From the NCBI RefSeq assembly GCF_002105155.1, contig NW_019028992.1:558001-622000 (forward strand): 64,000 nucleotides of DNA. Direction: 5' to 3'. The translations under genes were made by a program, and so were the position numbers. The notes under the pieces were generated by a model that worked only from the letters and a program-made list of their open reading frames with translations, made no database searches and had not been told where the DNA came from. Shown one piece after another: positions 25,233 to 36,916 of the stretch. Position 1 is the first letter of the stretch, and each line of letters starts with the position of its first letter. The DNA comes from Lobosporangium transversale (Eukaryota).

Positions 25233-25769
25233 ATGAAGTTCCAGACCACACTCCTTTTCTCTATTGCAGCTTCCATTGCCACAGTTCAGGCACTCCCAAT
25301 CCAACATGAGGCACAGTATGCAGGTGGAAGTCGTTATCGTCCCGTGATGAACATCGAGCAAGAAGCTGCTGAGCCAGAGGCCCAGTACGCTGGTGGTAGC
25401 CGCTACCGTCCAGTGATGAACATTGAGCAGGAGGCACAGTTCGTCGGTGGCAGCCGTTATCGCCCAGTGATGAACATCGAGCAAGAAGCTGCTGAGCCAG
25501 AGGCCCAGTACGCTGGTGGTAGTCGCTATCGCCCAGTGATGAACATTGAACAAGAGGCTTCTGAGGCTGAGGCTTCTGAGGCTGAGGCCCAGTACGCCGG
25601 TGGCAGTCGTTATCGCCCTGTGATGAACATTGAACAAGAGGCTCAGTACGCTGGTGGTAGCCGCTACCGTCCAGTCATGAACATTGAGCAAGAAGCTTCT
25701 GAGGCTGAGGCACAATATGCGGGTGGCAGCCGCTATCGTCCAGTCATGAACATTGAGGAGGACGCATAA
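25233..25769 (+). CDS. Secreted tandem-repeat peptide precursor, copy C (same protein as copy A)
   Basis: 178-aa ORF with a translation identical to 17316-17852. Confidence 0.95.
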   Translation: MKFQTTLLFSIAASIATVQALPIQHEAQYAGGSRYRPVMNIEQEAAEPEAQYAGGSRYRPVMNIEQEAQFVGGSRYRPVMNIEQEAAEPEAQYAGGSRYRPVMNIEQEASEAEASEAEAQYAGGSRYRPVMNIEQEAQYAGGSRYRPVMNIEQEASEAEAQYAGGSRYRPVMNIEEDA

Positions 25770-26464
25770 GCAATCTTCAAGCCTAAGGGCCTTAAGCCGA
25801 ACATGAATATGTTTGTATAGCCACTTTTATCTATCTATCTTTTTTTTCTTTTCTTTTAATTTTCAGTAATATCTTGTTGGTGCAGGCTTCATCACCTATT
25901 GAGGACCCATGGGATCCTATGAGAAGCAGGACCTTCTCGAACTCCCATCTATACCCACAATACCCACAATACCCACAATACTCACAATACCCACAATCCC
26001 GCAATCCCCCAATATCTTCTTGTTTATAATTGCACATAACATGTTATATATAATTATCTATTATTTAATAAAAGAACATTGCGATTAAAAAAAAGCTAAC
26101 AGATATTGATATTGAAAACTCTAAAGAAAACTATTGAAGTATACCAGTAGCATAATAAGTAATGAGAGCGAAAGAATGATGTATTTATTATGACCCAGGA
26201 ATTCTCGTTAAATAAAAGTGGATAAATATCTTAACACCCATATAAATGACTGCTAATCGCAACAAGCATCTGTCATGTTATTGTCTGCAAAGTTATGTAA
26301 ATCATTATAGGTATTATTTAAAAATTTTGATGTATAAGAGTAGAAGGTTGTTGTTACATTTAAGTGTATATAATTGAATGCAGATAGAAGTTATTAGATA
26401 TGTAATTTTTGATAGGCTTGGAAGAGAGCAGGCGCGGGATGTTCTGCTTCTCTCTTTCTCCGTC

Positions 26465-26650
26465 TTATTGGAGGTAAAAAGCAGAGTTCATGCTGTTGTT
26501 TGCGACCTTCTGCATCGCCTGGTAGATCGTATCATCCTTGGTCTGTACTTGAGTGGAAGGGCGCTCCTCGTGGATGGAGGTACGGGGTGTTTGAGCTGGG
26601 GTTGCGGCAGCTGAGGCAGACTTGTTCTTGTTGGACTTGAAGAGAGGCAT
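26465..26650 (-). CDS. 61-aa microprotein of unknown function (paralog of 28570-28773)
   Basis: MPLFKSNKNKSASAAATPAQTPRTSIHEERP... shares 29 of its first 30 residues with the + strand paralog, with synonymous differences. TATA-like motif upstream. Confidence 0.8.
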   Translation of the reverse strand: MPLFKSNKNKSASAAATPAQTPRTSIHEERPSTQVQTKDDTIYQAMQKVANNSMNSAFYLQ

Positions 26651-27263
26651 AGTTGGCTTGATTGTGTGTGGATGTTTTTGTAGTGATGGAGTTGTAAAGT
26701 ATTTATCTTTTTGTGGCTTTGATTTGCTTACAGATGTGATGAAAAAGAGGAAGAGGGAGTAAAGATGGCTTTTTATACGAAGTTGACCGTGCCGTTTATG
26801 AATGTTCCCAAGATATTTTTCAGTTCGGAAGGAGAGCATGGGCCTCCATGGTTTTAGCAGGGATTCTATTTTAGTGTTCTTTTCCTTCGCCCAGAAGTGG
26901 AGAATGAAAAAATTAATTGCCTCATTTTCCCATGACATGTCCTGAGAAAAAAGAAGTGTTTCGGTGCCTGAAATTTTATTATTTCATTACTACCGCAGTT
27001 GTTTCGTCAGCCATTACTCATACCATATTTAGCAAATGATTAAGAAATCGGGTTTGGTTTGATTCCTAAAGACTTTATCACAAAGGATGGAAAAGTCGAC
27101 GGTTTTAAAAAAATACCGCTATTCTTAGGAACTTTGCTAGTTGGTGAAGATGCTTTGTTCATCACACTGAATAATTTTTTTTTCCTTCAACAGATCTTGA
27201 CAGTTGGAAAAACTTCTTAATGGGGTAGATATTCAACACATTTCATTGTATATATCTATCGGT

Positions 27264-27470
27264 ATTCCCTTAACATCAACAACCTCTAAAGGACAGGTGT
27301 CCCTGCTGCTGGAGCCCGGCTGGACACTGGGGTTTGTTCATGAGAAACATCCTATCACCCAAACGCGGACAAAGACACAGGTGTGCGCTTGGGGTACAGG
27401 AGACCACATTATCTATTTAGCAATACAAAAAGTTGTCGATAGCATCATGGCGTTTCATTTGCTTTCACTC
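27264..27470 (+). pseudogene. Degenerate third copy of the MPLFKS microprotein family
   Basis: HEKHPITQTRTK...DHIIYLAIQKVVDSIMAF aligns with HEERPSTQVQTKDDTIYQAMQKVANNSMNSAF. ATT stands where the ATG is expected, and the 5' part appears frameshifted. Confidence 0.5.
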
Positions 27471-28569
27471 AAGAGGAGTATGTATAAAGCATATTCCCCC
27501 CAACCTAGCCTCCAAAATTGATATTTTTATTCTAACTCTATGCCATGTCATAATAAATGTGTTGTATTTAGTTTCTTTTTAAGCGCTCAGGAATATATTA
27601 TACGCTTGATTGGTTGATATCATGCCGGAGTGCCTGATTTAAAATACACTGCTGCCTGACTGGGGGGTCGCGGGATTGAAGCAGCAACAACATAAATCCA
27701 TCCAAGTCTTCCTCCCATTGAGTTGATTTCTTCATGTTGACGGGAATCAAAAGCATCCTACACTTTCTCGGCAAAGACTTTAATGGAGGGCATAAAAAAA
27801 AGAGTGGGGCGATAGAAATCGACTGACTCAGCTTTATCTAGACAATAGTCATTTGTGGTCTTTGGAAGACTTCCCTTTGCGGATTCTGAACTTCAGTCTT
27901 TGGAGTTTCAATTTTTATTTCTAAGATGGAACGCGGGAAAGAATTGTGGAAAATTGGAAAGGACGAATAGGTGACTACATGAACATGGCCCATGCTTTTT
28001 CTAATTAGACTCAGCAACAAGATCGGGCATTAAAATAAGCATGGCCAGAAGGAAATTCTTGACCTATTTTATAAAAAATTGCCTCAGAGATCTATATTTA
28101 TTCAAATACTCGAAGGTTCGAGACAAAATAAACAACTTTTAAAATGCTCCATGCTTTCCATATTTGTCTGTTGCTATGAAGTCAAATAAACATTTCGTCA
28201 CCAAAAAAAAATTCATTCTCCACTCCTCCAGGTGCCAAGCCCGACAGTTACGTGCCGTGTATCTTTATTCACTGTCCTCTGCCGATTTCAGTGTTTGATG
28301 ACTAAATGCGACACACGGACCGGAGATCCATTTGGTCCATGCGCGACGTCAATTCGACATTGACTATTCTGGTACATAGCGATGTATATTACCAAGAATA
28401 GAAAAGAACAACATCCTTCATAAAAAAAAAAGATATAAAAAGAAGACCTTTCAACCACATCTTTTCTTCATCCAAACATCAATAAAAGCTACATCAACAG
28501 CAACAACAACAACAATCAGCGCTATCAATCAATTATTCGCCTTTTAAGACCTTTAAAAACTACTACACC

Positions 28570-28773
28570 ATGCCTCTCTTCAAGTCCAACAAGAACAAGT
28601 CTGCCTCTGCTGCCACCACCCCGGCTCAGACACCTCGCACATCTATTCACGAAGAGCGTCCTATGACAACCAAGGCCGGTACCAATGCTCACAAGATGAC
28701 TCGCGATCAAGCTCTCGAGGTTATCATGAAGACGTCTATGGGCAATGCCGCTAATACCGCTTTCGCTCAATAA
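28570..28773 (+). CDS. 67-aa microprotein of unknown function
   Basis: ORF with ACCATG context, C-ending codon bias, upstream TATAAAA, CAA-rich leader and a conserved paralog. Confidence 0.8.
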   Translation: MPLFKSNKNKSASAATTPAQTPRTSIHEERPMTTKAGTNAHKMTRDQALEVIMKTSMGNAANTAFAQ

Positions 28774-29245
28774 GCGTATAAACATAAATAAGGTGCCTCC
28801 AAGGACCTCCAATTGGCCGTCATCAAGAGACACTCTTCCGTATGTTTCGCAGAAAGAGTTCAAAAGAACCAGCATTACCTTAATATCCATTATATCAAGC
28901 CCATTGCATCCACATTTGTAATATAAGCAAATTAATAAATCAATACCATCTTCCTAAGTGACATGATTTTTTTATATTTGACAAGGGGTCAAAACTTCCT
29001 CGCAGTAACTTTAATCATAAAAAAAAGCCACGTTTTTCAGATTATCTTGCACATGGAAGATGCAGGGTTTCAATGCAACGGTCAAAAGAATCAAACAAAT
29101 TTCTACTATTCCGGTTTCAATTTCTCTTTCTCTTGTGTATAAGCAGCTGCACTTTCAGTAGAATATAGAAGTCCGTCTCTAGGCGTATGCATTCTATGAT
29201 TACTTTCTTTGATAGTCATGTCCTCGTATTGCAAATAGATTTTTG

Positions 29246-29291
<46 letters not shown>

Positions 29292-30709
29292 AAAGTATCC
29301 AGTATCTTCATGGTTGAGTAGAATTTCTGATGTTCAAGTCGGCTTTTTTTTTTTTTTTTTTTTTTTTTGTTGTTCTGTCCCTGCAGGTTGAATTTGTTCT
29401 TACAATGAGTTTGTCAGGGGACAAGAAAGAAGGGCAGGGGAACAAGGACAGTGAGTGACATCAGCCAATCAGCATTGAGAATAGAAGAACGTGCTAGACT
29501 CAAAAAACAAAAAAAAAAATAAATGTCACAAACGCCATGCCAGAGAGGGATAGTTGGTAAAGAGTAAAAGAAAATGGGGCCGATAACGAAGGATCAAGGA
29601 AAGCAAGCCGGAGAGTCAAGACAATTATTTTTTACATTCGTTAATCACAACAAGTAGCGATGTTGTTAATCATGTTTCATTTGCGGGGTAAGAATAAGGA
29701 TCCAAAGCTCAAAGACTAGCGACCCTTGTGCAAAGCCCAATGTGCAAAGTATAACAGATCGTAATGGTCGGTCCTCTTGAGGACATTTAAGTCGGAGAAA
29801 ATACGCATGTGGTGGCGCCCTTATGATCGAGGTGACCCCAAAAGAACCGTATGGTTTACTGAACTGCGATTATGCCTTTGCTCTCACAGAAGGCTGAGGT
29901 TTGAGTTAGTAGAGTCTGTGTTTGTTTTTTCTCTCTCTCTTTTTTTTTTTTTTTTTTTTTCTTTTTCTTTTTCTTTTTTGAGTCCTCCTTCCTCCTTCCT
30001 CATCCAAGATACAGCATTTCTGTCAGCCTTGTCTGATCTTCAGTACTGTCAAAGTTCCACCTGATATACATCACCAAAATCCATTTCTCCTTTTCTTCGA
30101 AAGCTTTCTCGATTATATTGATTTTTTTTTCTTTAAGAAAAGGACATCCGCCAAGGTAGAGAAAATGATAAAGTGTTACTGGTGTGAGCTTTAATGGATG
30201 CAAGTCAATCAATTCAACTAGCCAACGAACGAGCGAACAAAACCTAATTATTCAAACCAGGCAGCCAGGCAGCCAAGGGAGGCCTAAGATAAGGAAGACA
30301 CTCAATTTGGAGATAAGATCTTCATAACAACGGATGTGAATAGTCTGGTTTCAACCTCAGTGGATTCCACAAGCAATTTGTTTTTCTTCCATTCATCCTT
30401 TTTTTTTTTTTCTTCTTCTTGGCTTTTCATCTTGCTACATTGTTCAAACCCAACATCAGGACGTCGGGACATACTCATTCATATACTCATTCATATACTC
30501 ATTCATACTCTCTGCGTCTCTCATTCTCTTCGTGTCCGTCAGAGTGATAGTCATCCGATAATTAGTCAAGTAGTCAAGGCAGTTCTCACTCTCGCTCCTG
30601 GTCCATTTCTTCCTACTCTCAGCACTCAGTTTACCCAGGAGTTCTTCTTATTTTATATACTCTTCGAGTTGCCCTTGTCATAACAAGCATCTGGACCCAG
30701 GCCAGATCT

Positions 30710-30838
30710 ATGGCGTTCAACTTTGATGGCAACTTCGCTCTCGAGCAGACCGGGCTTGATATCTCTCTCAATGACTTTACGTTCGATCCATCTCAACAGC
30801 AACAGATTCATCTACATCAACAACAACAACAACAACAA

Positions 30839-30897
<59 letters not shown>

Positions 30898-33800
30898 TGA
30901 TCATCAGCAACGTGAGCTTCATAGCCTACTTCTACAAGACGGGCGTGGTAACAATGTGGCACAGGCGGGATCAATGAATGAAGCTTCGACCTCAAGATCA
31001 TTTGATTTCCATCCTTCAGCATTGAACTCGGAGATGATGGTTGCCTCAGCCTCCACAACTCCTATCTTTCCCATGGTCCTTGACAAGCTTAGCCCCGGTA
31101 CTGGCTCAATATCACAGCAATTGCTGATGCAACATCAACATCAACATCAACAGCAACAACAACAGCAGCAACAACAACAACAACAACAACAGCAACAGCA
31201 ACAACAGCAACAGCAACAACAGCAACAGCAACAACAGCAACAGCAACAGCAACAGCAACAACAACATCAGCAGCAAGCAGCACAGTCAATACCAACATCA
31301 CAGCATGATCAATTGCTCACTCCGGCTGGTAGCGAATACTACTCAACAGATTATACTCAGTACATGTCACCGCTCGCGGTACAGCCTGAAAGTTCTACAG
31401 GTGCGGCTATGGTGATCACAGATCAATTCGAAGACGACGAGGTGAGAATCAGTTATTGTACTTTTGTCAGACACCCAAATTCCCTCGATGCAAGGGCTCC
31501 CTAATTGTTTCCTTGGATGGCTTTTTTTTGTCCGATTCTTTCCCCTTCTTTCCGTCCTTTGATTGCCCTTTTTATCTTTATCTAGATGTCCAGTTCAATC
31601 CATTATTGAAGTGAATTCAATAGTCCAGCAGTCATTGAATCCCCTTATTTTCATGTCAAATTGTAGAAAGCTAATCCAGATTGAACTTGAATGCGAAATT
31701 TGATTCTTGCTTGTTGATAGGTCTTCTTTACGCCCTTGATCTCCCCAGCAATGACTCCGTCTCATCCTTACTCAAATCTTCCTCATGCCCTGTCGACTGC
31801 CAATGAAATCTTTTCGCCACTGACCTCGCCAGTATTGCAGCCTCACCGGACCACTATTGATTATCTTTCGTTTTCAGGGCAGAATTTTAGTCAATTGCCA
31901 ACGCAGTTCCTTCAGGCTCAATCGCAACAATCACTGCAACATCAACTTCATCAGCTTCAGACTCAATCTCAGACTGACTTGACACAACAAGGTCAATTGC
32001 AGCAACAGCAACAACAGCAGCAAGTGATTCAAGCATCTCAAGCGTCAGGTAGTAATGTGGCACGGATCAATGTTGGAAGCCCAGCTCTTAACTCTCAAAG
32101 GCCTTCTATCAAACGTAGGGCAACTGGGGAACGTGGTACAAATGGGCTAAATACTACTGCGCCTAGAGCCGGAGGCTCAGTAAGAGGATCATTACCAAAG
32201 AGTTCACCGGCAATGAGGCCACTTACAAGTCCGTTGTCCCCGGCCTCCCTTCGGAAATCTCAGACAAGCCGTGGTCGATCTTCTTCTATTGCACCAGCTT
32301 CACCACTCATCATGCACTTCCCTTCTAATCGCCCAAGCCCTTCGCCATTGCTCATCTCGACAACACAACCTCCATTATCCCAAGCTGCTCTTGCATCGCC
32401 TTCCCCTCGCCTAGTCACTAATATGCACCAGTTATCGATGGTGCCCTCATCTCCAGTAGGTGTAGTTACTACATCTAATGGAGTACAGAGTCCGGCACTC
32501 TTTGCTCTTCCCGCTTCTCAAATGATGCCCCCTCCTAGCTCACCTATGATTTTACCATCTGCCTCTCAATCAAATAATGTTCCGAGGCAGCGCAGTCTCG
32601 CACAGCTACAGCAACCAATTCAAATACAGAGTCAGCACCAACTTTCGATTCATCAGCCTATCTCATCAGCTAGTCAGCCCTCTCCAGCGTTGAAGCCTAG
32701 ATCGGACAGCATGTCTTCTGCACTTACATCTACATCGGACAAAATTGATCTGGCCAAGGCCATAACTCCTAGATTCGGTTCATCATTAGGTACTTCTTTA
32801 CCTGCCTTGGCTCCAGTTACACCTGCATCACTAATGAACCTAGGTGCTGGATCCGGAACTGAGTCGACGCCCACATCACCCAAATTCGGAATTCATACAA
32901 AGTCAAAGGCCACCACAGACTCCGAGTCCCCTCCACTGACTGCTATAACAAGCGACACAACAATCACAGCCACAATCGATTCAACCTCTTCACAGAAACG
33001 AGGAACTAAACGCCAGGCAAATGGAGAGGCTGTTGTACCATCTGGTGCGCCTAGCACTCCTCGTCAGCTGGCTATGACGCCTGGCTCTGCTGCAATGTCA
33101 CCTATGCCTCCCCCTAATGGATTTGCTCTCATTTCGCCAGCTCTCAAGCCCACCATGCTGAATCATCGTGGAAGCACATCCATGCTTGTATCACCTCGCC
33201 TACAGCCGCAACTCGTCTCACCACGGTTGCCCGGCGGTAAGTCCTTATTTAAAAGAAAAATACATACGGCTTGTTGCTGTTGCCTCGCATCGCCTTGGTC
33301 ACATATCCATCGGCTCATCGTACGCATGTTCGAATCAAATAATTAAACAGCATCGTTTTTTTTTTTATTTTTTTATTTTTTTATTTTTTTATTAATTTGT
33401 TGCGTTGCAAATAGTGTCAACAACTGAAGCTATGGCTCGTTTAGCTTCCAAGTCTAATTATCAGAACATACTCGATGGGGATCACACGTAAGTTTGAGTG
33501 AAATAGCAAAAGTTTTTATTCATTGTTTATCACTTGTTTCCACAGTATGAACTGTGTGGAGGATGTGAAAGTTACTCTAACCGCAAGTTTGTGGTTCCTT
33601 TCTGTGTATAGTGCCCTAGGTTTGTCATATAACACAGATCTTCATTCTGGTATCGAGCTTCGTCGTACATCGCATAAAGCAGCTGAACAAAAACGTCGTG
33701 ACTCTCTCAAGCATTGTTTCGATGATCTGCGTCAGATGATTCCTAATATTCAAGAGAAATCGCCATCCAAAGTGTTCTTGTTGAAGAAGTCTTTTGACTA

Positions 33801-34503
33801 TATCTGTAATCTTAAGTCTGAGGTTGCGAAGCGTGATCTGGAAATGGCGCGTCTGAAAGCTCAGCATGAGTTTATGGTAACAGCCATGCAGTCTTGGACG
33901 GCTAGTTTGCCAGAAGACAGCCCCTTCCGAAAAGGATTGATTGAATCATGGGAAATGCCAGATGAGGACGTGAAGAAGGCGGTTGTAAAGGAGGAGGAAG
34001 CGGCCAAGAAGGCAGCAGAGATGGCTGAATTAAGCGCCGCAGCTGTTGAAGCTGCACGAACACAGCCTGGTGGGCAGAACAAAGGTGGTAAGGAAAGCCA
34101 TGTGGATCCTGATGATAGTGATGAGGATGGGCCTTCTAAGAATAAGAAGTCAGGATCAAGGACTGGAGCATCCTCTTCCACTTCAAAAAATACAAGCAGC
34201 TCAGGAAAGAAGATGAGCAAAACTGACGTATCATCGGTAGTGGATTCTGCTACTACCGCTACTACTGCCAATGTAGCAGAGACAACCAGCACGGATAGAA
34301 ATGGAGCTGAAACTGGTGACGGCTCCGCTGCAAAACAAGGTCAAGGTTCCTCTGCTGATATATCAAGTAAGACAAAGATGCAGTCTGGCGGAAAGACGAG
34401 CGATGAAGAAGATGAGGACGATGAGGACGAAGCTGAAGATCACGAGATGATAGATGCTACTGCTGAGAGTGAATCAACACAGAGCGCAGCAGTATGCACA
34501 TAG
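30710..34503 (+). CDS. bHLH transcription factor, Pho4/NUC-1/PalcA-like, with polyQ tracts
   Basis: Approximate exons 30710-31441, 31721-33236, 33415-33487 and 33612-34503. LASKSNYQNILDG precedes the basic region RRTSHKAAEQKRRDSLKHCFDDLRQMIP...SKVFLLKKSFDYICNL, as in NUC-1/PalcA. Many SP/TP sites. Confidence 0.85.
30816..31275 (+). repeat. Two coding CAA/CAG microsatellites (polyQ)
   Basis: (CAA)n and (CAACAG)n runs at ~30816-30896 and ~31147-31275. Confidence 0.95.
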
Positions 34504-34550
34504 ACATGCATGCACATAGTTCCCGCACATTCTCACCTTTTACATACTTT

Positions 34551-34584
<34 letters not shown>

Positions 34585-34924
34585 CCCTCCTCTTCCTCTT
34601 TAATATTTGCATTTAAAGAAGTTTTGTAATTATAAAATCTTGAAGGTCATTATTTGGGCAATTGCTGGTGTATCCCTGTAGATTCATAGTCTAGAATACA
34701 GAGAGAGGATAAAAAACTGTTCTTTAAGCCGATGATGTGATGTATATATTATGCTGGGCTTGACTTTGAGGTACATGCGTATTGACTGATACTGCAAATA
34801 TATTTATACGCATAACTTTGCAGAAAGTGTTACATTAAAATTTCATTTGTATTCTATTCCTTGATTATTTTTTTTATCAAAGTATTCACCAAGAGCGACT
34901 CTACTTCTTATTTTAATTACAGCA

Positions 34925-36604
34925 ATGGCATCAGGGGAAAAGTCCTCTCAAAAGAGTGCGATTGGTAATACTAATTCCGCATCGGTGAGTTGAAAGGATT
35001 ATTTTGTTACATTAAATGCATTCGTCATGAACTTTGCAGGCTAACAGAAAAAAAAAAAAAAAAAAAACAAGGACTTATTATTGTCATTATCAACATCATT
35101 AGTTGATAGCACTCGCTGCAGAAATCGCCAAACATGAGCAAAGCTTCCAAAGAGTGAAAGGAAGCAGCGGTAGCCTCAGTGGTATTAGAGCACCTAAATC
35201 TGTTAAGGCAAGAAAAAAAAAAGTAGAACAGAAGAAGGCTGATCAAATATGTATATTTATAAAGTCTTATAACTTATCTGATTTAATTAACAAAAATAGA
35301 AGCCAACAGTATGGCAACGACAGAATACAGGACTCTCGAAACGAGCCATGAAGGATGATATAGGTGGCAGCGGCGGTTATAATGATTCTGAAGCGGAAGC
35401 TACAAGGAAAGCAGCGATGGAACGGAAAGCAAAGGTGTATGAGATGTTGGAGCGTGGAGAGGATGTTCCAGATCAACTAAGAGAGGAATTACTAGTGGAA
35501 TTTGAGCACAGGGATCGTCGGCGGGATTATAGTGACAGTGATATTAGTAGTGATGACACAAGAGAGCGAAGTGGTAGAAGAAGAAGCAGGAGTAGAGGTC
35601 GAGAAAGAGGCAGAGAAGGAGAGTTTCGAGGAAGGAGGAGGGCGAGCTGGGGTAGAGGAGGCCGAAGTAGGAGTAGATCAAGTGATTGGGACCGGGATGA
35701 ATCTGCAGCTTTAGCAAGAGATCCAAAAGAATTTATGGTAAAAAAAAATTGGAGATGTAGCAAAAAGTCTCTCTAATAACTTTCATTATATATATATATA
35801 TTTTTTTACTAATATAGTAGGCTGATGTCCTTTACCATTTAATATTATAGGCTGATCCATGGGTAGAACATGTGGATGAGTTTGGAAGGACACGACTAAT
35901 GCGTCAGTCAGAGGTACCGAAACCGGAACTTCGCAAAGAAGATATGGAGAATCCAGGGTATTTTTCATTATTTTTATTCCTTTTTTATACTTCATAGGCA
36001 ACATATTAGAAAGAATTACATCCGCAAACACTCATCCTTCATTTTTGACTTTAATTTTTTTAGAATCCATAATCCTGCCAATCCCTTCCCAGTTTTCCGA
36101 AATCAGGATGCAGTTGATAAACAAGAATGGATTCGGGATGCCACAGGGGAACTGAAAAGGTCCAATAATAATTATAATATGCCAGGAGTAGGCGGTGGAG
36201 GATATTCACTTGCGAATACAGTACGCCATTACAGCAGTGCAGCAGAGAGGAGAGCTCATGGTGTTGGATTCTATCAGTTTTCTCAAGATGAAGAAGAGCG
36301 CGCAAAACAAATGCAGGAGTTGCGCAACATTCGAAGTGAGGTAACTCGATAAAAAAAAATAAAAATAAAAATAAAAAAAAAAAAAAAGATTCTTACGTTT
36401 ACAGTTCAGAGAATCTGTATTTTTCAGGTCGGTGGTAACTGAGAATTGTTGTTATCATTATATTGGGTTTACTATTAGACCGAGACGAAAAGGGCACTGC
36501 ATCGACCGTTGCGAGAAAAGAGGAGAGGGGAGATCGAAGCACGTAAAAAGATTATCCAGCAGAAGCGTCTGAAATCCTTAGCCAGCACAATCACAGCAGC
36601 ATAA
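34925..36604 (+). CDS. CCDC174/DUF4078-like protein, multi-exon, with RS-rich segment
   Basis: Motifs MERKAKVYEML, DPWVEHVDEFGRTRLM and RAHGVGFYQFSQDEEERAKQMQEL recalled as typical of the family. GT-AG introns. Confidence 0.8.
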
Positions 36605-36916
36605 TTTGGAAAGATGCAAAGCCATTCGAAGTATTTCTACTAGAGTTGTAACTGACAAGCTGATACTAGGACTGGCGGAAACTCAATGATATGAAGCGGA
36701 CTATGCGGACTACAAACTAAATGCTGCCGGCCGGGGGATTGTACAATGCACATATAATAAAGGCAGTGGTTTCCTTTCTTTCGTCCTCTCTTTTTCTTTT
36801 TTGTTTGTTCTCTTCTTTTAGATACCCCTTATTTGCAAAAACACAACTTCTCCTGTATTTCATATCATAGCGCTTCTTTTGTTTTTCTAAAATAATTTCC
36901 CACGAACTTGATTATG

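Larger units (their letters stand above)
22640..26038. repeat. Right arm of 3399-bp inverted duplication
   Basis: Reverse complement of 17047-20445. Confidence 0.97.

Noticed and set aside
17370..25715. Antisense and short ORFs in the duplicated arms (e.g. 17370-17897, 18172-18510, 21737-22150, 25188-25715)
   Set aside because: They are shadows of the repeat genes, or recur only because the DNA is duplicated. No protein-like signal.
17047..26038. Composite or foldback transposon interpretation of the inverted repeat
   Set aside because: No target-site duplication at the outer ends, no transposase, and the arms carry a host gene.
14681..28773. Dikaritin-type biosynthetic gene cluster around the precursors
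   Set aside because: No DUF3328/UstY (HxxHC) oxidase, tyrosinase, peptidase or transporter is visible nearby. The flanking genes look like housekeeping genes, so modification enzymes cannot be claimed from this window.
29240..29370. Long poly(T)/poly(A) runs here and in many introns
   Set aside because: A window-wide compositional trait; poly-K and poly-F ORF stretches are intronic read-through.
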